Shown one piece after another: positions 47,521 to 56,428 of a stretch of DNA of 64,000 bases (its first letter is position 1; every line of letters starts with the position of its first letter). The notes beneath the pieces were generated by a model, which saw nothing but the letters and a program-made list of their open reading frames with translations, did no database searches and was not told where the DNA came from. The position numbers were made by a program, and so were the translations under genes. This DNA is from a virus. The DNA is taken from the IMG/VR virus record IMGVR_UViG_3300046804_004848, positions 32,001 through 96,000 of that record; one strand, given 5' to 3'.

Positions 47521-47750
47521 TCTTCACTAGCTTCTTTAATACGTTTGTATTTGATATAACTCTTGCTAACTTTTTCCTTGATAATTGAACCCAACCCAAT
47601 TAACGGAACCAAAGTCATACATGCAACAAATACATAAGGTTGTTGCACAATTGCACTAGAAATACCAACAACAAAACAAAAAATAATTAACCAAGTTTCT
47701 TTTTGCCATTGACTAGCTGACCACACAATATAACCGAATAAATTACGCAT
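47508..47750 (-). CDS. Small membrane protein
   Basis: Two TM segments. Confidence 0.55.
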   Translation of the reverse strand: MRNLFGYIVWSASQWQKETWLIIFCFVVGISSAIVQQPYVFVACMTLVPLIGLGSIIKEKVSKSYIKYKRIKEASEDCPL

Positions 47751-47753
47751 TAT

Positions 47754-48005
47754 TTACTCCATCGGTGCAGGGTTAATTTTGTCACGCATTGCTTGGATAT
47801 TTTGATTCACATTGATAAGAATTGCGGTATAACCACAAGTGACAATACCCACTACTAAAATACCAAGGGCTGACATAACCGCAGGTAAAAAATTGTCAAA
47901 CATTTCGCCAACTAATGTGATACCTGCCATAACAACAAAAATTAACGCAAGCACTTTATTAAGTAAATCAAGTGACTCTACGATTTTACGATTGAAAGAA
48001 CCCAT
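47754..48005 (-). CDS. Small protein with two TM segments
   Basis: Start MGSFN after AAGGAG; has its own promoter. Confidence 0.6.
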   Translation of the reverse strand: MGSFNRKIVESLDLLNKVLALIFVVMAGITLVGEMFDNFLPAVMSALGILVVGIVTCGYTAILINVNQNIQAMRDKINPAPME

Positions 48006-48025
48006 TTGTATCTCCTTAAAGATAA

Positions 48026-48058
48026 AGGGATTGTAGCACAATCCCTATGTTTAGTCAA
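48026..48058 (-). promoter_or_regulatory. Sigma70 promoter overlapped by an inverted repeat
   Basis: TTGACT-17-TACAAT; AGGGATTGT-AGC-ACAATCCCT covers the -10. Confidence 0.6.
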
Positions 48059-48067
48059 CAACCAAAA

Positions 48068-49321
48068 TTACTTCACTTCGTGAACTGAATAATCAGCCCA
48101 TTGTCCTCTCCAATTGTTGTACTCCTCGTCAATGCCTTCATCATCAAGAGCAACATCATCGTAATAAATTGTTTTAATATGTGAAGATCCATCTACATCA
48201 ACGGTATCAATTCTGAATTTAGCTAAATCTAAATTATCAGTTACTGTTAACGTATGTTGAAATGAACCACCTTTACCACCTTGCTTGTACATTAAGTAGT
48301 ATCCTTTACCATAAGTGTGTGGGTAAATTTCGTCTACTTCATTACTACAATCATAATAGGTTGCTTCATCACCGTGACCAATTTCAAATATTTGTGAAAA
48401 CTCACCTTCAAAAATAGTTTCACCATCGCTATTAATAATTTCAACATCAGCATCTTCTTCCATACCATAAAAGTCTATTACATCATTGAATTCATAATAA
48501 CCACTACTTGTAAAACGTGCTTCTTCAGGTGTGTCATTTTCATCAAAATCGTATTCTTCATTGATTGCAGCACCTAAGTCATAATAGTGCTCATCTTTGC
48601 TCCAATGTTCGTATTGTTCTTTGGTAATCTTACCAATACCAAGCTCAGTAGTGCGAGCAAAAATACGTATAATATATTCTCCTGCAGGATGAATACGCTG
48701 ATAAGCTTCATCTTCGTCATCATCAGTTGCATTTCTTAATTCATCTAGTTCATTTTCTAAATTAGTGATATCTTCATCTTCGGACTCATCAACTTCAATT
48801 TCATCAAGTTCTTTGTAAAGTTTTTGCATTTTGGCTTCTTGCTCAAGACCTTCAGGAGTAAGTTCTACCGCACTATCACACATTGGGCATACATCACCTG
48901 TATGATGAAATTCTAGTTCATCATCAGTATGAATAGTTCCATCTTCATTATAAAATTCAGTTTTGGTTTCGTACTTGCTACCTTTCCAACGACATTTGGT
49001 ACACTTGTGGGTAGGTGCAGGAGGTTCAGGGTCACTGTGCCAACTATTCTCATCACCTAGTTCATAAGTTACTTCATATCCACCTTTACGGTCACTATAC
49101 CAATCATCATATTGACGTTCCCACATAATTTCTACATCATTATCCCAAGCATGTTCAATAAGCTCATCAACATCGTATGTGCCATCTTCTACCGCATCAA
49201 GAATTGATTGTAGTTCATCTTCATCCTTGTCAGGATAAATTTCTTGTAACAAGTCTATATCAAGCTCAACGGCAAATTGACTATCAACACTATGCCATTC
49301 ATGTTTAACTAAAGTAACCAT
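48068..49321 (-). CDS. Very acidic protein with Zn ribbon
   Basis: CTKC...CPMC; very rich in Asp/Glu. Confidence 0.7.
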   Translation of the reverse strand: MVTLVKHEWHSVDSQFAVELDIDLLQEIYPDKDEDELQSILDAVEDGTYDVDELIEHAWDNDVEIMWERQYDDWYSDRKGGYEVTYELGDENSWHSDPEPPAPTHKCTKCRWKGSKYETKTEFYNEDGTIHTDDELEFHHTGDVCPMCDSAVELTPEGLEQEAKMQKLYKELDEIEVDESEDEDITNLENELDELRNATDDDEDEAYQRIHPAGEYIIRIFARTTELGIGKITKEQYEHWSKDEHYYDLGAAINEEYDFDENDTPEEARFTSSGYYEFNDVIDFYGMEEDADVEIINSDGETIFEGEFSQIFEIGHGDEATYYDCSNEVDEIYPHTYGKGYYLMYKQGGKGGSFQHTLTVTDNLDLAKFRIDTVDVDGSSHIKTIYYDDVALDDEGIDEEYNNWRGQWADYSVHEVK

Positions 49322-49330
49322 ATTTTTCCT

Positions 49331-49579
49331 TTATGAATATTTCAATTTAATGTACGTAATTTCCTCGTCAGGTATGTCTACCATAATATCACTTTCATCA
49401 CTTAAATAAAAGTTGTAATTAGTAATTTTGGATAACTCATTTAAACGATCACTTACTTTAGTCGCCATTGAATCTTTGTAAGTTAATTTTACAATGAACT
49501 TATATTCATGTGCTTTACATAATGACGTAAACCAATTAAACACCCATGGTTCATCAACATTAAAAATATTGACAATCAT
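49331..49579 (-). CDS. Possible divergent LRW-family protein
   Basis: Ends IPDEEITYIKLKYS. Confidence 0.5.
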   Translation of the reverse strand: MIVNIFNVDEPWVFNWFTSLCKAHEYKFIVKLTYKDSMATKVSDRLNELSKITNYNFYLSDESDIMVDIPDEEITYIKLKYS

Positions 49580-50919
49580 TTGTCATCCCTAAATCGTAGA
49601 AACCTTGGAAATCTCAATGAATGTGTACCATCTTGATTTTGTGTTACTGCATCAGCAAGAATTTCTACAGTGCGACCAACAATTACATTACGGTTTACCC
49701 AATAATCATCACGATCACCATCACTAAACCCACTACCAACGTTAACCACAATGTGCTTTCCATGATCTTCACCTTCGCAAATTAATGCGCCTAATCTATT
49801 TTTATTACGTCCTGTACCTGCTTCCACCCCAACAATCTCTAAATCTACTGAAATGGTTGGTTTCCATTTTAACCAAAATTTATTACGTTTGCACTCGTAT
49901 GGGGCATCAACACTTTTAATCATAATGCCCTCAAACCCTTGTGCTACACAATCGTTGGCATAACGCTCTAGTTGATCCTTACCCTCAGCAATGTCTAAAT
50001 CTACGACAATATGTGGCAACAATTTGACATGTGGCATATTTTCTAGGGCAGGACGCATATCTTCTAATATTTTAATTCGTTTGCTTAATTGTGCGTTCCA
50101 ATATCCACGCCTAAAATCTGCTAGCGGAAGAATATCAAACACATGGAACACACTGTCGCTAGCATCAGCATTGTCTTTTCTACGTGCTTGTCGCATTAAG
50201 TCTTGAAATGATTCGCCCATTACTTCACCATCAAGCACAAATCCTGTATTTAAATTACTTGATGATGCTAGACGTATCATACGGACAAAATTATTTTTTA
50301 CTTCTTCTTCAATGTGCGTAAAATTATTGAATACCTTACCATTACGACTGTAGCATGTTACAACAATTTTATCATCATAGTCAGAGGGTGGTATAACAAC
50401 CATTAATACTCGTACACCATCTAGTTTAGGTTCAAGACGTTTAAAACCCACCATTTCAGGGCGACCTTCGCTATCAGTAGCAAGTTGGCAAGAAAAAATC
50501 GGTATTTCGTATTCTGTATTTTTACAAATCTTGTTGATAGTTTTATCAGATATACCGCAACGTAAGTCTTTACCAATCACATTGATACAGAAATCATTCC
50601 ATGTTGGACTATTAAATCTTACGCTCATAGCTTCAATAGCATCATGAGCAGCATTACCTGTTAAACTACGTAAAGCTAATTCTACTAACAATGAGCTAAA
50701 GTCTTGCCATGGGTTTTCAGCATTCACAATACCAACAGTTGGTTCTACAGCTTTTACACCAAAAGTGGTAAATGGATCATAAGCAAAATATACAAATTTA
50801 AGAAAGTGTTTACAATTTTCATCACCAAGCGTAGCTAAATTTAAAACTTCTTGTATGACTGATTCTTTGTGTAAGCGACTATTACTCTCGTTCAGCTTAT
50901 AGATCCATGATTCAAGCAT
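49576..50919 (-). CDS. ATP-dependent DNA ligase
   Basis: EPKLDGVR, SRNGK, LDGE, FDIL, EGIMIK, KWK, VGSGF and LRFPRF motifs. Confidence 0.96.
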   Translation of the reverse strand: MLESWIYKLNESNSRLHKESVIQEVLNLATLGDENCKHFLKFVYFAYDPFTTFGVKAVEPTVGIVNAENPWQDFSSLLVELALRSLTGNAAHDAIEAMSVRFNSPTWNDFCINVIGKDLRCGISDKTINKICKNTEYEIPIFSCQLATDSEGRPEMVGFKRLEPKLDGVRVLMVVIPPSDYDDKIVVTCYSRNGKVFNNFTHIEEEVKNNFVRMIRLASSSNLNTGFVLDGEVMGESFQDLMRQARRKDNADASDSVFHVFDILPLADFRRGYWNAQLSKRIKILEDMRPALENMPHVKLLPHIVVDLDIAEGKDQLERYANDCVAQGFEGIMIKSVDAPYECKRNKFWLKWKPTISVDLEIVGVEAGTGRNKNRLGALICEGEDHGKHIVVNVGSGFSDGDRDDYWVNRNVIVGRTVEILADAVTQNQDGTHSLRFPRFLRFRDDK

Positions 50920-50921
50920 AA

Positions 50922-51527
50922 TTACACCTTAGTTTTGTGTTTGTTGATAGCTTCCCATAACATGTTTTCCACTAGTTGGTTTAGCGTTATGTCACGCTCA
51001 TGGGCTAAACTCATTAGATTATACATTTCTTCTTTATCTAATTCAAGTGGTACTTGCACTTTGGTATTGTATGGTTGTTTATTTACAATAGCAGTAAGTT
51101 TTTCAATAAAGTCCTCATCAGTTTCTAACGTAACATAATTAACTTCATCGTAAGCGTTATTCTCAACTACATTTTTATCTTTACATTCTTGACGATATGC
51201 TTCAACGTAATCAGGATTGATCAAACGATATGACCGTCTTTTTGCGTAATCGTGTACAGTGGCGTAATATACCTCTTGTGTTTGTGTATCAAAAGTAATA
51301 TCAGCACTTACTCCATCATGATCATTATCCCAATATGATAGGGTAAATGGGTGGTCACCAAAACATTTCCAAAGGTATTCTGTACCCTCAGATATTCTGT
51401 AATTAATTGCTTTCATGTAATCTTCAAGGTTTATCACTTTCTTTTCCTTCCAATAATCGTTTAAATGTTTGTCCTGCACGATACTTTTCTTCTTTACTTG
51501 TGCGGTTTTTATCATGGTTTTTACCAA
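50922..51527 (-). CDS. Hypothetical protein with C-terminal RHH-like segment (true start probably GTG near 51437)
   Basis: AHERDITLNQLVE motif. Confidence 0.6.
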   Translation of the reverse strand: MVKTMIKTAQVKKKSIVQDKHLNDYWKEKKVINLEDYMKAINYRISEGTEYLWKCFGDHPFTLSYWDNDHDGVSADITFDTQTQEVYYATVHDYAKRRSYRLINPDYVEAYRQECKDKNVVENNAYDEVNYVTLETDEDFIEKLTAIVNKQPYNTKVQVPLELDKEEMYNLMSLAHERDITLNQLVENMLWEAINKHKTKV

Positions 51528-51774
51528 ATATCATACCATCATAACCACGTGCCCATTCTATACCTCGTAACCACATTTGTAAATCTTTTATGGTTCCAAT
51601 AAAAACTTCAGCATCACGTGAATACAAAGGTAATGCTTCATCATCTTTTGGTTTTACTGCAACTACATCACCAAATTCATTATAAAAATGCTTTGCGTGA
51701 CACATCATTAGACCAAGACGCTCACAATCTTCTTCAAGCCTACGTATTTCTTGGATTAAATTATATCCTGCCAT
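51424..51774 (-). CDS. Hypothetical protein
   Basis: LP.YSRDA and WL.G.EWAR.YD motifs. Confidence 0.6.
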   Translation of the reverse strand: MAGYNLIQEIRRLEEDCERLGLMMCHAKHFYNEFGDVVAVKPKDDEALPLYSRDAEVFIGTIKDLQMWLRGIEWARGYDGMIFGKNHDKNRTSKEEKYRAGQTFKRLLEGKESDKP

Positions 51775-51776
51775 GA

Positions 51777-51992
51777 TTATCGTGTATTTTTAAATGGGAT
51801 TAAATTACCGTTTTCATCATAGCGACCAATCATCACCCTACGATCATCCTTACTATAAGCAGGTCTATCTTTCCAATAATGCTTCTCAGCTAGGATTTTG
51901 CACTCAGGATCAATATTTAACTTGCCTTCTTCATCACGAATAAATCTGCTAACAAAAGGTGGCAATGCATTTGATGTTGTATTTTCTTCCAT
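51777..51992 (-). CDS. Hypothetical protein
   Basis: GAGGA SD. Confidence 0.5.
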   Translation of the reverse strand: MEENTTSNALPPFVSRFIRDEEGKLNIDPECKILAEKHYWKDRPAYSKDDRRVMIGRYDENGNLIPFKNTR

Positions 51993-52009
51993 AATATCCT
52001 CATAAAATT

Positions 52010-52030
52010 ATAGGGGCATTACGCCCCATA
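52010..52030 (-). terminator. Probable terminator
   Basis: GGGGC-N5-GCCCC followed on the minus strand by an AT/T run. Confidence 0.5.
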
Positions 52031-52047
52031 GTGGTTTAAATTAATAT

Positions 52048-52440
52048 TTACTTCTCTAGAACATAGGGTTTGTTCCACTTACCGATATTTACCCGAATAT
52101 AGTGCGAGCAATTGAAGTAATCAATTTGGGCATCACTTTCATCGTAGTAATCAGGACCGTACATCGCTTGTGTTACTTCAGTAAGAAATTCTTTAGCAAC
52201 ACCGCTAAAGTGGTCTTGAAACCAATAAGGGTTTACGTCAAGGTAATCACGGTCAGCTTTAAGACTTTGCTTGCATGTTTCATTAAAGTTACCTAGAAAG
52301 TCAATCTTACTAGACTTAATATTAAGAACTAACGTACTGTGATAATTCACACCTAACGTGGCTTTTACACCGTATTTCTTAAGAACTTGTTTGATGGCAA
52401 CTGCGAGGTTTTGCTTCTTTTCTTGGGAAACGTAAGCCAT
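52048..52440 (-). CDS. Conserved early phage protein
   Basis: MAYVSQEKK, VNPYW, YDESDAQIDYF and IGKWNKPY motifs; AGGAG SD. Confidence 0.7.
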   Translation of the reverse strand: MAYVSQEKKQNLAVAIKQVLKKYGVKATLGVNYHSTLVLNIKSSKIDFLGNFNETCKQSLKADRDYLDVNPYWFQDHFSGVAKEFLTEVTQAMYGPDYYDESDAQIDYFNCSHYIRVNIGKWNKPYVLEK

Positions 52441-52479
52441 TTGGCATCTCCTAGTTGGTTATCAATCACTACAGAAATA

Positions 52480-52508
52480 ATTATGCCACAATATGGATAT
52501 ACTGTCAA
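52480..52508 (-). promoter_or_regulatory. Sigma70 early promoter
   Basis: TTGACA-gtatatccatattgtgg-CATAAT. Confidence 0.75.
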
Positions 52509-52516
52509 GCAGTTTT

Positions 52517-52729
52517 TTACCACTCATCAGTTGTTGTAATTGGGATACGAATTGTTGCCATTCTACCTTTAAATTGTTGATGAAATTCTAAGTCTACTTC
52601 ATACCCAATACCACTACCACCTGTTTTGATGATAGTAAAATGGTTGACTTCAAACTCTTTTAGAGTATCCATCAACTTTTGTAAGTCAGTATAATTAAGT
52701 GTTATTTTTTCTATCATTTCTTCGTTCAT
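52517..52729 (-). CDS. Hypothetical protein
   Basis: SGIG motif; ends DEW. Confidence 0.55.
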   Translation of the reverse strand: MNEEMIEKITLNYTDLQKLMDTLKEFEVNHFTIIKTGGSGIGYEVDLEFHQQFKGRMATIRIPITTTDEW

Positions 52730-52935
52730 AAATTGTACAATTGTTTAAGTTTGTTAGATATGGTTTTTTCAGGATCTTTGTATCCTTCAGTCCACCAAGC
52801 ATTTAGCATGCAATCATTTGCCACTGCCAATCCAATTTTTTCAATTGTATTTTCTAGTGGTAGATCTGATCCTACGATATAATCATGAGGTAAAATATTA
52901 TGTTCAGTGGCTATTTTAAGTAAACGTCTATTCAT
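52726..52935 (-). CDS. MNER-like small protein
   Basis: Start MNRRLLKIA after GGAG; IEKIG..VANDC. Confidence 0.5.
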   Translation of the reverse strand: MNRRLLKIATEHNILPHDYIVGSDLPLENTIEKIGLAVANDCMLNAWWTEGYKDPEKTISNKLKQLYNL

Positions 52936-53149
52936 CTCCACCCCAATCTTTAAAATCTGTGCACTCCTCAAAACCAAGTTTGTATGCATCATACTCAGGT
53001 GTACCTTGTAGGGCAACTACACGTTGAGTGCTATATGTTGCACCAACGAAGTAATGTGGGTCAAATACACGACCATAGTATGCATCTGCGTTACCACGAT
53101 CATAAGCACCACCATGGCGAGTATATTGTACAGTTAATTCAGTATACAT
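52928..53149 (-). CDS. Hypothetical protein
   Basis: RHGGAYDRG.AD.YYGR..PHY and AY..G......KDW motifs. Confidence 0.65.
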   Translation of the reverse strand: MYTELTVQYTRHGGAYDRGNADAYYGRVFDPHYFVGATYSTQRVVALQGTPEYDAYKLGFEECTDFKDWGGDE

Positions 53150-53151
53150 AA

Positions 53152-53394
53152 TTATACAACCTCCTTTTTCAACTTACGGATAATTTCTTCCTCTTGATTT
53201 AAAGTGGCAAGAACCATATTTTCAATCAAAACATTTTGCTGACGCTTGAGAAGCAATGGCATTATACCAACGATCACACTTTCCAAGTAACCTGCTTCAT
53301 AACTATGACTACCGTAGTTTTTATGACTAGCTTCACCAAAAGCTTTAAGAACAAGCTTCATAGTTTCTTGGTTTTTTAAGGTACATGTTCCCAT
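53152..53394 (-). CDS. Hypothetical early protein
   Basis: Start MGTC after AAGGAG; YGSHSY.AGYLES motif. Confidence 0.6.
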   Translation of the reverse strand: MGTCTLKNQETMKLVLKAFGEASHKNYGSHSYEAGYLESVIVGIMPLLLKRQQNVLIENMVLATLNQEEEIIRKLKKEVV

Positions 53395-53426
53395 TTTCTG
53401 CTCCTTGTTTGCTAATTTATGTAAGT

Positions 53427-53455
53427 ATAATAACACCAAAGAAAAACATTGTCAA
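53427..53455 (-). promoter_or_regulatory. Sigma70 early promoter
   Basis: TTGACA-17-TATTAT. Confidence 0.7.
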
Positions 53456-53508
53456 CAGAAATAAAATTTAAAGAATGCTTTTATTTGCTTGGGTAGATAA
53501 ATATATTA

Positions 53509-53976
53509 ATGATATATTATACATACGCATATTTAAGAATAGATGGCTCTCCATATTACATCGGAAAAGGTAAAGGAAAGCGAGCATATCAAAAGCACAA
53601 AACATTTAATCCTCCTAAAGATAAATCAAAAATAGTTTTTTTAGAAACTAATTTGACTGAACTTGGTGCCCTAGCTTTGGAGCGCAGGTATATTCGTTGG
53701 TATGGTCGTAAAGATATTGGAACAGGAATTCTCCATAATAAAACCGATGGTGGCGATGGGGCATCTTTTTTCGGGAAAGAAAATAATCAATTCGGTAAAA
53801 AAGGAGAATTAAGTCATTGGTTTGGGAAGAAACGTCCATGGACAGATGAACAAAGAAAGAAGCAATCAGAAGTTCAAAAGCATACTAAAAAATATATTAG
53901 GACTCCTGAACATAATGCTATGATGTCACAGCGAGTTAAAGAGGCATTGTCACGTAAAAAACTTATTCCTCACTAG
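53509..53976 (+). mobile_element. GIY-YIG-type free-standing homing endonuclease
   Basis: YYTYAY..PYYIGKG..R, A..LE..I..YGR, L.N.TDGGDG and NUMOD3-like tail; opposite strand to neighbours. Confidence 0.8.
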
Positions 53977-53992
53977 TTATCTAACAGAAACA

Positions 53993-54021
53993 AGTATAGC
54001 AAAATTAGGATAAGTTGTCAA
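53993..54021 (-). promoter_or_regulatory. Sigma70 promoter with TATCCTAAT, firing antisense into the GIY-YIG gene
   Basis: TTGACA-acttatcctaattttgc-TATACT. Confidence 0.75.
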
Positions 54022-54197
54022 GCAGTTTTTGGTTCTTTAACTTCAAAGACAAATGAGTTGTTTATTTGCTCACTGTTGTCATCAGGGCATTTAAATTTAA
54101 CTGAAGTACCACTATATTTAATTTCTTTGGTTTCAAGAATTTTGATGAAGTTTATATCATGGCGACCATCACAAGCATAGCATTTAACAAATTTCAT
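54018..54197 (-). CDS. Small Cys-containing protein
   Basis: Start MKFVKCYAC after AAGGA; FKCP motif. Confidence 0.55.
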   Translation of the reverse strand: MKFVKCYACDGRHDINFIKILETKEIKYSGTSVKFKCPDDNSEQINNSFVFEVKEPKTA

Positions 54198-54228
54198 CTC
54201 AAGTTCCTTATCAATCACTACAGAACAT

Positions 54229-54257
54229 AGTATAACAGGGTTCAAAAGACCTGTCAA
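54229..54257 (-). promoter_or_regulatory. Sigma70 early promoter
   Basis: TTGACA-17-TATACT; leader CTGTAGTGATTGAT. Confidence 0.75.
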
Positions 54258-54266
54258 CCTGTAGGG

Positions 54267-54488
54267 TCATTCAACTCCAAAATGTTTTTTAAGTTTACTT
54301 TCTGTAATTGAACCCACTTGACTAATTTCAATGCATTCCTTAACAATCAACTCGGCAAACTTTTGATTATAAATTTCCCTACCCTCAGTAAAAGAATAAA
54401 GACGATTATGGACTCGTTCCAGATGTGCTAATTCATCCTCAGCAAATCGTTCAGCCTGTTCAGCCAGTTCCTTAATTCGTTCGTTCAT
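54267..54488 (-). CDS. MNERIKEL-family small protein
   Basis: MNERIKELAEQAE...KFAELIVKEC...KKHFGVE. Confidence 0.7.
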   Translation of the reverse strand: MNERIKELAEQAERFAEDELAHLERVHNRLYSFTEGREIYNQKFAELIVKECIEISQVGSITESKLKKHFGVE

Positions 54489-54498
54489 TCTTCTAATC

Positions 54499-54582
54499 CT
54501 AATTCTTTTGCCAGCCCCAAACAAAACCAGTGACAAAACCTATCACATAACAGGCCAGCAGTGCCAAACCAATCTCGTTCAT
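54499..54582 (-). CDS. 27-aa TM peptide, not in ORF track (MNEIGLALLACYVIGFVTGFVWGWQKN)
   Basis: ATGA-coupled to the upstream gene; GGAG SD. Confidence 0.45.
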   Translation of the reverse strand: MNEIGLALLACYVIGFVTGFVWGWQKN

Positions 54583-54926
54583 TCTTCAACTCCGAAATGT
54601 TCTTTTAGACCTTGAATATTATCATAACACTTTTCAGCACAAATTTCAAAATTTGATTGAAAAACAGGATCTTCTTCTGATTCAGAAAGACCAAACAATC
54701 TTTCTGCTTCATTGTCGAGATATTGGCAACATTCTTTCACAATCAACAGGGCGAACTTTTCTCTACCTTTTTCACACGCAAACAAAAGACTGATGATTTC
54801 TGCTGGAGTGGCTACTCGCCATTCGCCATCTTCTCGTCGAAGAATTTCACGATCATTGTAATCCCACATGCCATCTATTACAGGTAGTTCAGCCTGTTCA
54901 GCAAGTTCTCTAATTCGTTCGTTCAT
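54579..54926 (-). CDS. MNERIKEL-family small protein
   Basis: MNERIRELAEQAE...KFALLIVKEC...KEHFGVEE. Confidence 0.7.
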   Translation of the reverse strand: MNERIRELAEQAELPVIDGMWDYNDREILRREDGEWRVATPAEIISLLFACEKGREKFALLIVKECCQYLDNEAERLFGLSESEEDPVFQSNFEICAEKCYDNIQGLKEHFGVEE

Positions 54927-55164
54927 TTTTTTGTTCCAATTTATGCTTCTCAGCAGCTTGTGTAGCTAAAATATAACGTGCGCTATCACTAATTTCTACC
55001 TTAACCGCAGGTTCAACTTTACGTGGTTCAGGCTCACTTTTTCTACCTGATACTCGTTGTTGTAAATCATGTTGAACACGTTGAGTCATGGTCATACGCC
55101 ATAACTCCATCATCACGTTACGTGCTCCACTTGAATCTGCTGAACCTACTGATTGAACTTTCAT
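54910..55164 (-). CDS. Hypothetical protein with VEIS..AR motif (FlgM-N-like)
   Basis: AVKVEISDSAR; similarity is tentative. Confidence 0.45.
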   Translation of the reverse strand: MKVQSVGSADSSGARNVMMELWRMTMTQRVQHDLQQRVSGRKSEPEPRKVEPAVKVEISDSARYILATQAAEKHKLEQKNERTN

Positions 55165-55171
55165 ATGTACC

Positions 55172-55468
55172 TTACTTAACTAAGGTTGACAATTTCACAG
55201 CAGCACTAACTTTGCTGATTTTGGTATATGCTTCAGCAAGCGATTCTACTTTGGCATCACCAAGTACATCACGCACCATAGCTTCATACTTAACACTAGC
55301 ACGTTCGTGTTGGGGAACTACAGTGGCAACCGTAGCAGTACCGAAAAACGTCATGCTATCAAAATTAGCAGCAGTAATCAACGCAGTTTCAACCTTCTTT
55401 TCTGCTACCTTCAATAGAGCAATTTCAGCACGAATCTTGGCAAGTTTGTTTACTAGGGCTTTACTCAT
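55172..55468 (-). CDS. Hypothetical early protein
   Basis: GGAG SD; own promoter; N-terminal coiled coil. Confidence 0.6.
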   Translation of the reverse strand: MSKALVNKLAKIRAEIALLKVAEKKVETALITAANFDSMTFFGTATVATVVPQHERASVKYEAMVRDVLGDAKVESLAEAYTKISKVSAAVKLSTLVK

Positions 55469-55504
55469 TTCAATCTCCGTTAAGAATTAATCACCACAAA
55501 AACT

Positions 55505-55533
55505 ATTGTACATCAATTAAGATATATTGTCAA
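55505..55533 (-). promoter_or_regulatory. Sigma70 early promoter
   Basis: TTGACA-atatatcttaattgatg-TACAAT. Confidence 0.75.
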
Positions 55534-55889
55534 TCACTAGAATCAACTTCCATGTGCTTGTTGCATTTTATACACACATATAAATTGTAGCAACGACCTA
55601 GGTTTTGCTTGCGCTCCCACTCATGACCATTGCAAGTTTCAGTAGGCAATGTATAACCATACCCGTTACAATGTGAGCAGTTTGAACGGAAGTGTGAATA
55701 ACGATGACGATTTTCTGCAGTATTGGGCTTATCGTGTAGTGGATAAGCGTTTAGTTTAAGATTCCACCCCCCATGGCATTCGCATACAGGACATGGTTTG
55801 GTATAACCTGTATTAACCATTGGTTCAAGCTTTTCAAAATCTACGAATGCATCAGGGTGAGTGTGATCCATATATTGAACGAGTGGCAT
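55530..55889 (-). CDS. Zn-finger protein (CxxCxGxG-like motifs)
   Basis: CPVCECHGG, CSHCNGYG, C.H and CIKC; ends VDSSD. Confidence 0.7.
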   Translation of the reverse strand: MPLVQYMDHTHPDAFVDFEKLEPMVNTGYTKPCPVCECHGGWNLKLNAYPLHDKPNTAENRHRYSHFRSNCSHCNGYGYTLPTETCNGHEWERKQNLGRCYNLYVCIKCNKHMEVDSSD

Positions 55890-55918
55890 GTCTATCTCCT
55901 ATATCTGACTATAGAGAA

Positions 55919-55947
55919 ATTATAGTAAAAATTGGATATACTGTCAA
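55919..55947 (-). promoter_or_regulatory. Sigma70 early promoter
   Basis: TTGACA-gtatatccaatttttac-TATAAT. Confidence 0.8.
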
Positions 55948-55962
55948 GTTGTATTTTTACAA

Positions 55963-56199
55963 CTACTTCATGTATTCTTCAGGATCTTCTTGTTTAAATT
56001 TTGTCAAGTAATTAAAGTTTTTACGTTGCTGTACATCATCAGGTAACTGCAACAATTCTTTTACTTTTAGCCAATCTTCTTCAGTTAATAGTGGACTAAT
56101 TTCTAGAGCAGTTAGCCATATCAAACGTTCAAGACGTACTTGTTCGTAAGTACTACTAAATCCTGCACGTTTAACTAATTCAACTAATTTATCAGACAT
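55963..56199 (-). CDS. Hypothetical protein (distant MNER-like)
   Basis: KLVELVKRAGF..RLERLI.L. Confidence 0.5.
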   Translation of the reverse strand: MSDKLVELVKRAGFSSTYEQVRLERLIWLTALEISPLLTEEDWLKVKELLQLPDDVQQRKNFNYLTKFKQEDPEEYMK

Positions 56200-56428
56200 T
56201 TACAAAATCGTATGTTTTCTCAAAAATTTCACGGTCACAAATATACAGTTCACCGTTTATACCACGCATTAAATAATCACCTGCTTTACCTTGTGCATAG
56301 TCACCTTCTAAACTATTTACTCTAAATTCTTCATTAACTTGTACCGCATGTACAACAATAGGTCGCTTCATACAAGGTTTCATAGTGTCAACAGTTTCGT
56401 ACGTATCAAACAATTTCATTACCAACAT
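56192..56428 (-). CDS. PGDYG-like protein
   Basis: KRPIVVHAVQ, LEG, GDYL.RG..GELY.C and IFEKTY motifs. Confidence 0.65.
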   Translation of the reverse strand: MLVMKLFDTYETVDTMKPCMKRPIVVHAVQVNEEFRVNSLEGDYAQGKAGDYLMRGINGELYICDREIFEKTYDFVNV

